A stretch of 64,000 nt of DNA. Origin: a virus. Each line of letters starts with the position of its first letter. Position 1 is the first letter of the stretch. Shown here piece after piece: positions 17,779 to 28,279 of the stretch. The position numbers and the translations under genes were made by a program. The notes beneath the pieces were generated by a model that had not been told where the DNA came from, did no database searches, and saw only the letters and a program-made list of their open reading frames with translations. The DNA lies in the IMG/VR virus record IMGVR_UViG_3300017742_004322, positions 1 through 64,000 of that record. One strand, given 5' to 3'.

Positions 17779-18039
17779 TTTCTTTTGATTCTTGAAGTTC
17801 AATACTTAAAGCATTACATAATGATATTATAGTACCAGGTTCATACTCCATCATATAAACAAAGTCATTATCTGACATAATCTGCATTACTTGTAGGACA
17901 GATAATTTACTTACCATAGTCACTAAAACGTGGCTGTGAGGGTTTTTTCTTTTTAACAGCATTTTTAAAGTTTGGATAGTTAGATTTAGCCCAACTATGC
18001 CATTCCATAAATGTTTCGTAACGTTGTTTTGCGCTTGTA

Positions 18040-18525
18040 TTACTCATTATTTAATTGTTTTTCTATTTTATTCCAATATTTTTCGGTTCTTTTTATTTTA
18101 TAACCTTTAGGACCACCATTCCAATTACGAGCAATAACTTCATTATTACTATCTTTATGATGGAAATTTTTCCAAACCATAAACATACGTATTGATTGTT
18201 GACGATCAAACCTATCTTTTAAATTGAATAGGTTTGTTTTACCTTGAATTTTTAAGATTCTATTAACTTCTCTAACCATTATAGGTCTAATTTGTAATAC
18301 ACCTATGGCTTCATTTCCTATAAGATGCCTGTCGCCAATAGCAGAATCATCACCATTAGACTCAACAAAAATAAGGGCATTGAGAAGGTCTCCATCTGTA
18401 ATAACAGGTTGAATGTTCTTAGGCTTAATTTCGATAATAGTTTCTTCATAACATACTTCTAATGTTTCTATATTACCACTATTAATAAATAATGGTAAGA
18501 GACTTAATAACATAACCTTTTTCAT
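18040..18525 (-). CDS. Lysozyme-like / lytic transglycosylase with N-terminal hydrophobic signal
   Basis: LIFVES, GVLQI and ARNWNGGP motifs. Confidence 0.8.
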   Translation of the reverse strand: MKKVMLLSLLPLFINSGNIETLEVCYEETIIEIKPKNIQPVITDGDLLNALIFVESNGDDSAIGDRHLIGNEAIGVLQIRPIMVREVNRILKIQGKTNLFNLKDRFDRQQSIRMFMVWKNFHHKDSNNEVIARNWNGGPKGYKIKRTEKYWNKIEKQLNNE

Positions 18526-18529
18526 ACAA

Positions 18530-18826
18530 TTATTTTTTTAATTCTTGTATTGCTTTAGCAATTCGAGCACAACCTTCATAATCTTCGTTACGCTCATGAA
18601 TTTCTAAATTCTGCTGTAATGTACTAAGAATATCTCGCCTATCCAAGGTTATATCAAAAATTTGTCCTTCTTCTTCAACATGAATTTCTAAAACAGGTAT
18701 AAAACGTTTTTTACTTTTTAAATTTTTTAATGCCACTTCAGTTATAGCTTTGGAAATTTTAAGATCTTGATCTTGAAGCATCATTTCAAATTCTTCTATA
18801 CTTTTTATTCTAATTCGTTTTACCAT
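18530..18826 (-). CDS. Protein with a UVR (UvrB/C)-like C-terminal motif
   Basis: EDYEGCARI. Confidence 0.5.
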   Translation of the reverse strand: MVKRIRIKSIEEFEMMLQDQDLKISKAITEVALKNLKSKKRFIPVLEIHVEEEGQIFDITLDRRDILSTLQQNLEIHERNEDYEGCARIAKAIQELKK

Positions 18827-19005
18827 TTAAAATAGGTCTAAAAATTTACCGTCTGATTTCTTATCCCGTAATTTACTAAGTTTTTCTTGGTCTTCCAACA
18901 TTTTATCAGCTAGTTTTTCTAAATGTTTAGACTTTTGATTGTCATAATCATTAACTAACTTATCATGTTTACGTTTTTTACGTGCTAATTTACTTTTACG
19001 TTTTT

Positions 19006-19644
19006 TCATCGTCTGGATACTAAGGAATAAGGGTCATCGCTTTCATCTTGATCGCTTAAACCTAGTTTTTCTAATTGTTGTTTTTGGTAATCATCTAATT
19101 CCCATTCTACCTCACTTTGATATGTTGGGACATGGTCTTCTATACCCTTAATCTGTTTGTCGCTAAATATATCTCCTACTTGTAGGAAATAATGATTGTA
19201 ACAAAGTAATTCTATGTTTTCTTTTCGATAATTATTTTTATTATTATCTTTAAAATTAAGTAATAATGGTATCTTATAATCGTTTACTCTACGTTCATGA
19301 AAACCACATACTGAACATTCTTCTTTTAAATATCCCTCAGTTATTAATCTATATTTTAATTTATCAGGACTAAATGATGAAGCATCTATTCTGCCTTCAA
19401 TAATATCTAATAAAGCAGGTTCGGGTCCATCTGCTCTTAAAAATTTAGGTATACCTTTACCTGCCTGATTTAAATGTTGGTCAAATAAATTACTGTAACC
19501 CTTTTCCGTTGCATCATATGTTTTAGCCCATTTTTTATAGTGTGTATAAGAAACATGCAAATAGCGAGCAGCAGCTTTATTACTCAATGTTTGAGACATA
19601 GCTGCCAATATTAATTCTTTATTAAGTGGTTTCGCGCTTGGCAT
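19006..19644 (-). CDS. HTH plus degenerate HNH-domain protein
   Basis: AAARYLHVSY HTH; CSVCG...LLLNFKDNNKNNYRKENIELLCYNH. Confidence 0.65.
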   Translation of the reverse strand: MPSAKPLNKELILAAMSQTLSNKAAARYLHVSYTHYKKWAKTYDATEKGYSNLFDQHLNQAGKGIPKFLRADGPEPALLDIIEGRIDASSFSPDKLKYRLITEGYLKEECSVCGFHERRVNDYKIPLLLNFKDNNKNNYRKENIELLCYNHYFLQVGDIFSDKQIKGIEDHVPTYQSEVEWELDDYQKQQLEKLGLSDQDESDDPYSLVSRR

Positions 19645-19826
19645 TAATCTTCAATAAATACTATTTCATTAAATGTGTGATCACCTTCTCCAAATTGAGC
19701 ATTAATTGCTTTTTTAGGTTTAGTTTCACTACAGTTAACACAAAAACTATAATTAAACTTAGTTAGTCTAAGTTCAGGCATTGGTTCTTGACAAACCGAA
19801 CAATTTATATATTTTATGTCTTTCAT
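19644..19826 (-). CDS. DksA/TraR-type C4 zinc-finger protein
   Basis: CSVCQEPMPELRL...CVNC. Confidence 0.6.
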   Translation of the reverse strand: MKDIKYINCSVCQEPMPELRLTKFNYSFCVNCSETKPKKAINAQFGEGDHTFNEIVFIED

Positions 19827-20220
19827 ATCGAGTTTTATTGGTTACTCAATACATATCACAATTTTTGTAAAAACTTCCACAAATCTAGAGGGGTTTTTAA
19901 TGTATAAACTTTTCCATTTTTATCTTCTACTCCTAATAACTTACCATCTTCAGCAAATCTGTCTAAAACCCACCACCAAATTATATCAGCTTTATTATAA
20001 CCATATTTAGCTATAATTAAATTTTCTATTGCATGATAATAATATTGACTAAAACTAATTAAATCAACTCCATAATCATTATTCAATTCATGCTCAGCAT
20101 GCCAAATATGTTCTAACGTTTCTATTGTGTCAATAAATAATGTTATTTCACGTTCAGCTTCGGTTTTAGGTGATTCTTTTATATTTAAACCATTTCCATA
20201 TTTATTTTGAAGGATTTTTT

Positions 20221-20994
20221 TCATTTAAATTTAGTTAATAATTTAGAATTGGTTTGTGGATCATGTTCTATTGTTTGACCCCATTTATTTGAAAAAAAGT
20301 AATGTGCTTGTTTTTCTTTTTCACTACTAATTTGATTCATTAAAGGATCTCTTCTAGTTGCTATACTACCAAAATGATATAAATGTAAATCATAAACTCT
20401 AACCATTTCAAAACCTACATATTCACACTTTAACATAAAATCCCAATCAACAACATGAGGTGAAGGATAATAAACATCTAACCCCCCAACAGCCATATAA
20501 TCAGGTTTATACATTAAGAAAGGCCATTGTGATCCTGATTTTTCATGAGGTGGGATAGGAAGTGATGCTTCGTATTCCCAGAAAGTTTTTAAATTGAAAG
20601 ATTCTGGAGTCCCTAAATTTTTAATATGGGTTTGTTTAAACATTGAAGGTTGAGCTTCAATCTGGTTGATTGTAATTACTTTACCTTTTTGACAATATGG
20701 TTTTAATTTTGTATCCCAATGTTCAGGAAAAACATTATCATCATTTACTATTAAAATAAAATCATTAGATGCATTATAAACTCCCCAATTTGTGGATGTA
20801 ATAGCACCCTTATTATCATTAAAATTTACTATTTTAGTTTTAGGGTATTTATCTAATACTTGTTGGTTTAAATCTTTAAATCCATCAACTACCACAATAA
20901 TTTCATTATCACCATCTTGACCCTTAAATATTGAATTTAAACAAATATCAAGTACATCTGGTTCTTTATATGTTGGGATTATAACTGAAATCAT
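20221..20994 (-). CDS. Glycosyltransferase family 2
   Basis: ISVIIPTY, VVVDG, NDD and VGGLD motifs. Confidence 0.9.
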   Translation of the reverse strand: MISVIIPTYKEPDVLDICLNSIFKGQDGDNEIIVVVDGFKDLNQQVLDKYPKTKIVNFNDNKGAITSTNWGVYNASNDFILIVNDDNVFPEHWDTKLKPYCQKGKVITINQIEAQPSMFKQTHIKNLGTPESFNLKTFWEYEASLPIPPHEKSGSQWPFLMYKPDYMAVGGLDVYYPSPHVVDWDFMLKCEYVGFEMVRVYDLHLYHFGSIATRRDPLMNQISSEKEKQAHYFFSNKWGQTIEHDPQTNSKLLTKFK

Positions 20995-21617
20995 AAAGTA
21001 TCGTAGTAAGCATTTTGTTTTTCTTGGCGTTCGATTGTTTTATTATGAATTAAAGCAAAATCTTCTTTTATAGGTAAAACAGCATGTGTAGCATGCCCAA
21101 TAATTTTTTCATGTACCTCACCATGCCATCTAATACGTGGATCATTTCTATATAATCTCCACTGCATATCAGGCCAATTTACTCTACCTTTTTCATCAAC
21201 TTTCCAACCCCATTTTTGAATATGGGCCTCAGTCAATCCTTCTACTTTATTAATACGTGGAACTCTCATTAAATCTACCCCTTGATTAATCTCTAACACT
21301 TGAGGGATTATCTTTATCATGTATTCATTAAGCATTTCGTCAGCATCAATCTGGAATATGTAATCGCCTTCACACATTCCATTTAAACGATTTTTCATGT
21401 CTGAAAAATTGCCATTGAATTTAAAAGGTTTCCATCTAAATAAGGTCCTTTCAACATTCATTTTACGTAAATAAGTTTCTACTCCAGGATCTCCATTTTT
21501 TGAATCATATAATACTACAATTTCATCTTCGGGGCGTTTGTTATCTAGTAAAAATTTAATTAAATGTTGAATTTCTACTAATTCATTACAAACAGGGATT
21601 GCATAACTTAATTTCAT
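20991..21617 (-). CDS. Glycosyltransferase family 2 (beta-1,4-glucosyltransferase-like)
   Basis: IDADE and W.G.VHE motifs. Confidence 0.9.
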   Translation of the reverse strand: MKLSYAIPVCNELVEIQHLIKFLLDNKRPEDEIVVLYDSKNGDPGVETYLRKMNVERTLFRWKPFKFNGNFSDMKNRLNGMCEGDYIFQIDADEMLNEYMIKIIPQVLEINQGVDLMRVPRINKVEGLTEAHIQKWGWKVDEKGRVNWPDMQWRLYRNDPRIRWHGEVHEKIIGHATHAVLPIKEDFALIHNKTIERQEKQNAYYDTL

Positions 21618-21620
21618 ATT

Positions 21621-22076
21621 TTAATTTTCAAAAACACCAATATATTCTAAAGCATCCATAAAATCACTTTCAGGATAATATTTTATAGTAGTCATATCCA
21701 TTTTAAATTCATAATCTTTACCTTTAGCTTTAAATGATTCTTTCTCTTCTTTAGGCATAGGAACTGCTTTTACAGCGGACCACATCCACTTTTCAGCACT
21801 TTGACCCTCAGCAAATACCATTCCCTTATTTGGGATATTTACAGTATTGGGCATCCAAATTAAACCTGTTTTTTCATCTTCACCTGATATTTCTTTATAA
21901 AGTTTAGGTAAAAGAGCAAATTGTTCTTCAAAAAATTGTTCATCTTTTTTCATTAATGAATTTGTAATGAAACCACAACCATAACACATATAGTTTTTAA
22001 TCTCATTATTTACTTCTTGTACATAGCATGCGTCACTTCCACATCTATCACATATTGTTAAATTATCTACACTCAT
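21621..22076 (-). CDS. Zinc-ribbon hypothetical protein
   Basis: CDRC and CYGC pairs. Confidence 0.6.
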   Translation of the reverse strand: MSVDNLTICDRCGSDACYVQEVNNEIKNYMCYGCGFITNSLMKKDEQFFEEQFALLPKLYKEISGEDEKTGLIWMPNTVNIPNKGMVFAEGQSAEKWMWSAVKAVPMPKEEKESFKAKGKDYEFKMDMTTIKYYPESDFMDALEYIGVFEN

Positions 22077-23332
22077 AATGTTGGTAAGGTTAATTCTGGG
22101 ATTGCTAATTCGATTTGTTTTGGGAATTCTGGGGCAAAAGCAGTAAGAAGATTATCTAATTTATCTTTCATACTTTCCCAATCAAAATTTGTTTTACTAT
22201 AATGGGCCTGACGTTTTGCTAGTTCAGAATATTTTTTATAATTTTCAAATACAGATTTTAATGATTTTGAAATATCCTTGTGGTCTGGGGAGAACCATTG
22301 GCTTTCTTTTAATAACATTGGGTTAGCAGCACTAGGATGGACATTTTCTAGTTTACCATTAATTAATGTAGTAAATTTAGGATTAAGAAAATCCATATGA
22401 CCACTCCATTTTGTTGCAATTAATGGTTTTTTAGTTAAAGTAAATTCTAATAAAGGTCTACCGAATCCCTCACCTTTAGTTAAACTAACCATAGCTTTAA
22501 CTTTAGAATGATTATAAAGAGAATTCATTTCTTTATCTGTAAAATCACCGTGAAGTAAATATATGTTAGGAAGATTTCCCTTACAACTCTGTTTAATTAC
22601 ATGAATTTTTCTAAGAATCTCATTTTTATCCATGTAAGAACTATTAGCACCCGATGTTTTAAGAATTAATGCTGGTTGTTTAGATTTATTTTTAAAAGTC
22701 TCTAAAAAGGCCTTAACTAATAACCCAACATTTTTTCTATCTTGGCCTATTTCCCCTTGTAACCAATGACCTACAAATAAGAAAGCAAATGATTCCTTAA
22801 TATCAAAATCAATCATACATGGTTTATTATCTGGGAAGTAGGTGTCTAAATTAACTCCTTCAAATAACACTTCAATAGGTTTTTCAAGGCGAATAGAACT
22901 TATAGTTTTACCTGCTTTATCTTTCTTTTCCCAAACGGCATTCTTAAATGAGGTTTTAGAGTGTTCTGATGATACCAAATTTAAATTCATTCTGTTCATA
23001 CCTTCAACCCATGCTCCATTTGCTAATGTAGTTTCAATACCTGCTGTAATTCCAATATTAAATTTTCCCATAGGTTGAAATTCATTAGGTACGGTTATCT
23101 GAGCCCAAAATTCAGGTTTATCGATTAATTCTTCATTTAAAATATGGTTATTTAAAAATTCCCATTCTGGATGATCATCGCAAAATCCAAATCTAGTGTT
23201 TCCCCAAGGTTGGGAAATTAATTTAACTTTATATTTATCTGTTTTAATAATAGCTTTAACAACATCTCTACTACGAGCTCCATAACCAGAGTAAGTATCA
23301 AAAGGACAACTAATTAAAAATAAGGGTTTCAT
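22073..23332 (-). CDS. Glycosyltransferase family 4 (GT-B)
   Basis: SGYG, RKN and GEGFGRPLLE motifs. Confidence 0.9.
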   Translation of the reverse strand: MKPLFLISCPFDTYSGYGARSRDVVKAIIKTDKYKVKLISQPWGNTRFGFCDDHPEWEFLNNHILNEELIDKPEFWAQITVPNEFQPMGKFNIGITAGIETTLANGAWVEGMNRMNLNLVSSEHSKTSFKNAVWEKKDKAGKTISSIRLEKPIEVLFEGVNLDTYFPDNKPCMIDFDIKESFAFLFVGHWLQGEIGQDRKNVGLLVKAFLETFKNKSKQPALILKTSGANSSYMDKNEILRKIHVIKQSCKGNLPNIYLLHGDFTDKEMNSLYNHSKVKAMVSLTKGEGFGRPLLEFTLTKKPLIATKWSGHMDFLNPKFTTLINGKLENVHPSAANPMLLKESQWFSPDHKDISKSLKSVFENYKKYSELAKRQAHYSKTNFDWESMKDKLDNLLTAFAPEFPKQIELAIPELTLPTL

Positions 23333-24759
23333 TAATATAATAATTTATGTGGAACAGTTTCTATTTTATACTCATTAGTATTAATAAATTCAAATTTTTC
23401 TCTTGGTTGGAAATCTTCAAATGTTTTATCAATACTTTTGATTACACGTTGAGCTTGATGTTTAGCAGTAAAACCTGCTTCATCTCCTATTGCCCATTTA
23501 TAACCTTTCATCCCTGATTTTTTTCGTTGTTCAGGGGACATTTTATAAAGCTTCATAATTTGTTTAGAAGCATCTTCGGGATCACAAGTATCATCCCAAA
23601 TATAAGGAGTTTTAGGAGAACCTTTTAAAGAACGTGATGAGGGGTAAACAGGATAAGCCCATTTACCATGTTTTTTATAAGTACCTCTATGATTAGAAGG
23701 AAAATTAGAATCAAAGTCAATCCAATTTCCATTTTTATCTTCAAATCTCATTTGATCTTGCATACCACCTGTTACATTAGCAATTATAGGAGTGCCTGTT
23801 AGTAAGGCTTCAGTAAGAGATAAACCCCAACCTTCGTTTGAGGTTAATAAAATCTGAGCATCTGCTAAATTATATAGGTAATTTAGATGTTGAGCTGATA
23901 ATTTATTAGTAGAAAATCTAATATGAGGGCTATTCTCTCCAAAAATTAAGTTAGCTATTGCAGAAAGATCTGTACCATGATCACTAACTAATTCTGTATG
24001 AAGTATGAATACACATTTATCTGCTTTTTCTTTAGGTAATTCATCTAAAAAATACTTCCAAGATAACATTGTATCTGGGATGTTTTTACGTCTGATGTTT
24101 CTAGAATTAAAGAATAAAATAAAATCTTTATCTTCAACATTTAATTGTTTTTTAAATGTAGTAAATTCTAAATCTTCTACTATAATAGGATGAAAAACTT
24201 CGGTATTCATACCATGAGGTACATAATCAATAATTTTAGTTTTAGCTTTATCCCCCAAAACCATTTTATTGATGTTAACTGTTTGCTTAGAAATACCTAA
24301 TAGTGTATCAACGGATTCATAAAATCCCTTATTATACATAGGAGCAGGTAAATCATCCCAAATATTTAAATAGATAATAGGAATTTCATTTCTAACCTCA
24401 TTTTCAATTTGGAACAACCACTCAAAGTAACGTGGATCTGTAATTAAAAATATAGCATCAATTTTATGTTGCTTTCTTAAGTTACGTAAAATTTTAGGAT
24501 CCCCATAACCATCATTTGGTTGAATTTTAACACTAGCATCTTTAATTCCTGCTAATTTATTAGTTTCTTCCGAAATATCAATTATTTTACCTTTATCAGG
24601 GTGATTCATTGCTGCCCCTAAGTTAAACCAATTATAACGGTGGGATGTATGTAAAACTATTTCTTTACCTACATTGCCTACACCTGATGGGAATCTGATA
24701 TCATCAGTAAGCAACAAAATATTTTTCCGTTGCTCTTTAGGAATATAACCTTCTTTCAT
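23332..24759 (-). CDS. Glycosyltransferase family 4 (GT-B)
   Basis: RNIRRK and EGWGLSLTEA motifs. Confidence 0.9.
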   Translation of the reverse strand: MKEGYIPKEQRKNILLLTDDIRFPSGVGNVGKEIVLHTSHRYNWFNLGAAMNHPDKGKIIDISEETNKLAGIKDASVKIQPNDGYGDPKILRNLRKQHKIDAIFLITDPRYFEWLFQIENEVRNEIPIIYLNIWDDLPAPMYNKGFYESVDTLLGISKQTVNINKMVLGDKAKTKIIDYVPHGMNTEVFHPIIVEDLEFTTFKKQLNVEDKDFILFFNSRNIRRKNIPDTMLSWKYFLDELPKEKADKCVFILHTELVSDHGTDLSAIANLIFGENSPHIRFSTNKLSAQHLNYLYNLADAQILLTSNEGWGLSLTEALLTGTPIIANVTGGMQDQMRFEDKNGNWIDFDSNFPSNHRGTYKKHGKWAYPVYPSSRSLKGSPKTPYIWDDTCDPEDASKQIMKLYKMSPEQRKKSGMKGYKWAIGDEAGFTAKHQAQRVIKSIDKTFEDFQPREKFEFINTNEYKIETVPHKLLY

Positions 24760-24763
24760 TTAC

Positions 24764-24952
24764 TTAAAGTTCTAAGTTGTTGTGATTATTTATTTTTTTT
24801 CTAAAATCTTCATTTGTAAGATATAAATGAATAGCGCGGTCGGCAAGTTTCTGGAAAGAGAACTTACGTTTTACACACTCAATTTTAAATTCGTTGAATA
24901 AATCACTTTTGATTTTAACACTTGTAAGTGTTTTTTTATCTGTACTAGCCAT
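24764..24952 (-). CDS. Ribbon-helix-helix DNA-binding protein
   Basis: TSVKI..DLF..FK....K..SF..L..RAI..YL. Confidence 0.65.
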   Translation of the reverse strand: MASTDKKTLTSVKIKSDLFNEFKIECVKRKFSFQKLADRAIHLYLTNEDFRKKINNHNNLEL

Positions 24953-24987
24953 AACGTTATTTATTATATTTTTATATACGTATATTA

Positions 24988-25932
24988 TTATCCTTCAAAA
25001 GTCGCAGAACATAAATGTGTTTTGAAGTAAGAACACCATTTACAATTATTATTAATTAGAGCAGGCATATTCTTCTCATTATACCCCTCAGATGTAAAAC
25101 AATTATCTAAAAATTCATTTAGTGATTTTGTTGCTCTATTAATTGAAGTTTTACCTGAGGGGGGTCTGAATTGTTGGATACGTTTTATTACAAAATCTTG
25201 TGATTCATATAACTTACGTTTTACAATAAAGAACTCAATATCAATATCATCTATTGGGATATTATATTGTTGAGAAAAGAATTTTTTATATAGAACTAAC
25301 TGATGTTGCTTTGATTTGTCTTTTTTAGCTTTATCATTCCACCCTCGTGTCGAGGTTTTTATATCGATTATAATGAATTTATTTGTATTTTCATTATACA
25401 TCACGACATCAAGGAAGCCCATGTATTTAACGCGTGGTAAATGCGGATTTGGCGCCAATACAATTGGTATTTCACAACCTACTAACCACCAACCACGTTT
25501 AGAAAAATAATTTCTTCTATTTTTTCTAATATAATTTATAATTTCAACACCGTCGGAATAGAATTCTCGAAGTGTTTGGGCGTCAGTAAAATGCTCTCCT
25601 TTATTTTGTTTATAAGCTTCTGCATAACAATCTCTTAATCGGGTTTCAAAATCTGTTTCTAAATCTAACTCATCAGCTTTTACTGCACTTTGATTATACA
25701 TAACATCAAGGTACATTTGCAATGTCTCATGTAATGCAGTCCCAAAAGTCATATGAATGCTTTGTTCCTTTATTTTATGACCATCTCTATATTGTAGAGC
25801 CCATTTTTTAGGACACTGTGTATACATTGATAGCTGGGAGTATGAGATATTTTTCTCATAAGCAAAATCAACCGGTTTAGGTGGATTATTTTTTATATTC
25901 CTAACTATTTGAGGAGCTTTTTTCTTAGCCAT
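24988..25932 (-). CDS. PD-(D/E)XK nuclease, Cas4/AddB-like with Fe-S cysteines
   Basis: SYSQ...CP, G...H, GFLD, DIKT, QL.LY and C.WC...C motifs. Confidence 0.85.
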   Translation of the reverse strand: MAKKKAPQIVRNIKNNPPKPVDFAYEKNISYSQLSMYTQCPKKWALQYRDGHKIKEQSIHMTFGTALHETLQMYLDVMYNQSAVKADELDLETDFETRLRDCYAEAYKQNKGEHFTDAQTLREFYSDGVEIINYIRKNRRNYFSKRGWWLVGCEIPIVLAPNPHLPRVKYMGFLDVVMYNENTNKFIIIDIKTSTRGWNDKAKKDKSKQHQLVLYKKFFSQQYNIPIDDIDIEFFIVKRKLYESQDFVIKRIQQFRPPSGKTSINRATKSLNEFLDNCFTSEGYNEKNMPALINNNCKWCSYFKTHLCSATFEG

Positions 25933-26761
25933 TATCTTTAATTACTAAATAAGACACTGGGTCTTCGTTATAAAGAGTATAATTTAGATCAGTAAAATAT
26001 TTTTCTATACTTGTTTTATCTTTATTAGATAAGTTGTTATGTTCAAATATAATAAAATTAGGTAATAACTCCACGTTTATTGCTTTAAGTATTTCAGCAT
26101 CATACCCTTCAATATCTAAATGTAGCCAATCTAATTTTTTATTTGGGGTAATTTGATTTATTAAATCATTAATTGAAATAGAGTCACGTAAATTGGAATT
26201 AATTTCTTCTTTTTCCCAACTTCTAATTACATTTTCTTTAACAGAATTAGTATAACCCTTACCTCCTTCAAAAAATTCTACTTTAGAACCATCTGTAGTA
26301 ACTAGATTTTGAATCAAATTTACGTTAGAGAGATTTTGGTAATTTTTTTTAAGTTTTTTAAATTGAGGGGTTGATGCTTCTACTAAAGTTGTTTTAGTAA
26401 AATTACCTAAAGTAGGTAAAACCCATTCTCCAAACTCACCATCATGAGAGCCTATTGCTAAACCTTGGGGGTTATTTAAGTTTTGGCAGTACATCTGTAG
26501 TGCTTTGTCTAAATAACTTCCATCTTCTAAAATATTAAATTCCCTATTAATAACAATTTTACCTTTAGAATCCTTTATTTCAATATCAAAAATAGAATCA
26601 TTAGAAAAAGTTGCCCAGCTGTAGTCCCCCAATTGACAGTTCCATGTAGTTTCTTTACTAACATGAGATTTAACATTTAAAGTTAAAGGTAAATTATGTA
26701 GCATAGAAACTTGTTTAGTTTCTACTCTTATATTTGGGTGATTATATTGAATATTAATCAT
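25925..26761 (-). CDS. FkbM-family methyltransferase with N-terminal extension
   Basis: IGSHDG, LVEA and HLDIEGYD motifs. Confidence 0.75.
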   Translation of the reverse strand: MINIQYNHPNIRVETKQVSMLHNLPLTLNVKSHVSKETTWNCQLGDYSWATFSNDSIFDIEIKDSKGKIVINREFNILEDGSYLDKALQMYCQNLNNPQGLAIGSHDGEFGEWVLPTLGNFTKTTLVEASTPQFKKLKKNYQNLSNVNLIQNLVTTDGSKVEFFEGGKGYTNSVKENVIRSWEKEEINSNLRDSISINDLINQITPNKKLDWLHLDIEGYDAEILKAINVELLPNFIIFEHNNLSNKDKTSIEKYFTDLNYTLYNEDPVSYLVIKDNG

Positions 26762-26776
26762 TAAATTATTTAATCG

Positions 26777-26809
26777 GTAAATATACGAAAGGATTCTCGG
26801 GTAACCAAA
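26777..26809 (-). promoter_or_regulatory. Class 1 promoter
   Basis: TTTGG-N15-TTCGTATATTTAC. Confidence 0.75.
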
Positions 26810-26810
26810 T

Positions 26811-27350
26811 TTATAATTGTATTTGTTTTACTCCAAAATCTTTTCTTTGAGTTTTTGAAATAAAACCTTTTGTTTCTTTTAAAATAGAGTATGGAATATC
26901 TAAATAATCTGTTTTTAAATTTTGTTTTTGAATATTCCAATAATGTTTTTTCATTAATGAATTTCTTTCAAATTTATCAACTTCATCACCATATATAGTT
27001 CTGTATTTGTTTTTTTCAACATTAAACCAATGAGGATGCCAATCAATTCTATCTTCACTTTTAGCAATATCTTTATTATCTCTATCCATCCACAAAATGA
27101 TAGTATTTTGGGATTGGATTTGGTCTAAAACATGGGATACAGCAGGACATTGTACTACAATATTTTCTTGAGAAAGAACATTTAAAAATCCTTCTGCAGT
27201 ATGAGTACCAAATTCTTGTTCATCAATATGTTTATATTCTAAATCTTGAGATAAAGTAAAAGCTGCATAAGTAGTACCTGATCTTTGAGGTCCTGAGACT
27301 ATTATTCTTGAGTAGGAATGTAATTTGGATATTAAGTCATTATAGGTCAT
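26811..27350 (-). CDS. P-loop sulfotransferase-like protein
   Basis: GPQRSGTT 5'-PSB-like motif; R.......S 3'-PB-like motif. Confidence 0.7.
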   Translation of the reverse strand: MTYNDLISKLHSYSRIIVSGPQRSGTTYAAFTLSQDLEYKHIDEQEFGTHTAEGFLNVLSQENIVVQCPAVSHVLDQIQSQNTIILWMDRDNKDIAKSEDRIDWHPHWFNVEKNKYRTIYGDEVDKFERNSLMKKHYWNIQKQNLKTDYLDIPYSILKETKGFISKTQRKDFGVKQIQL

Positions 27351-28279
27351 AGGTCTTCAAAATAATTTAAATTTCTCCATTCAGGAGTATTAATAAATAA
27401 AAGTTCATCATCTACATAATATTTTTCATCTTCTATAGATTCAAGTTTATATGCAGTTAATTCTTTAGGAAAATATTCTGATTTAAGATTAGAACTTAAA
27501 AAATTATGTGGAATTATATTTGAATTTTTATCTTGAATACTTAAGGTTAAGTTATCTGTGATTATTAGAATATTATTAGAAGATTTATCAAACCCTAAAT
27601 AGTAGTTTCCAGATTTAAATTTATAGTTAGAACTAGCACTATCAAATGTAGTAGGGATTGCATCAGATTTAGGGAGGATTTGGACTTGCTTTAAATATAG
27701 AGATAAAGATGAGTACCAATACTGTTCACATAGTGTAGGAAGTTCTCTTTTTAAATATAATTCTAAACTATTTTCAAATACTTCTATAAAGAAGTCTATT
27801 TCACTAGCACAATTAGTACTACTTAAAGAATCTTCCCACCCTAACTCATACTCAGTAAATGTAGCTTTTTTATCTTTTAATATTGATAAACTTTTATCTA
27901 TATAATTTTTAATAAGATCATAATCTGGGAGAGAATCATATCCTAAATAGATAAAATGGGTATAACCTAAATTTTTTAAGTTTTTAACACCGTTTAATAA
28001 TAATAACATAAAGGAATAAGTCCAATTTGGGATAATTTGATGATGTGTCTTTCTAATTGGGGGAAAGGTTAGCCATACGTTACCTAAAAAAGGACCAGGT
28101 GGATTATTATTATAAAAAAATGAACCTTTAAACTTTTTTTGAGTATCTGATTTAGGAGGATAGTTAGTAACTAAGTAATGGTCTATTTTATACTGAGAAA
28201 TAAAGTTTCCAAAATTTTGTAAAATTTGTTCTTTTTCATCTGTATTAGGATGAGATGTAATTAAAATTGCTGGTTTCAT
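27347..28279 (-). CDS. Hypothetical, possibly GT-A-like; paralog of 16052-17038
   Basis: N-terminal similarity to the 16052-17038 product. Confidence 0.45.
   Translation of the reverse strand: MKPAILITSHPNTDEKEQILQNFGNFISQYKIDHYLVTNYPPKSDTQKKFKGSFFYNNNPPGPFLGNVWLTFPPIRKTHHQIIPNWTYSFMLLLLNGVKNLKNLGYTHFIYLGYDSLPDYDLIKNYIDKSLSILKDKKATFTEYELGWEDSLSSTNCASEIDFFIEVFENSLELYLKRELPTLCEQYWYSSLSLYLKQVQILPKSDAIPTTFDSASSNYKFKSGNYYLGFDKSSNNILIITDNLTLSIQDKNSNIIPHNFLSSNLKSEYFPKELTAYKLESIEDEKYYVDDELLFINTPEWRNLNYFEDL

Noticed and set aside
24988-25932. Cas4-like nuclease as part of a CRISPR system
   Set aside because: No repeat-spacer array or other cas gene is seen; solo Cas4-like nucleases are common in phages.
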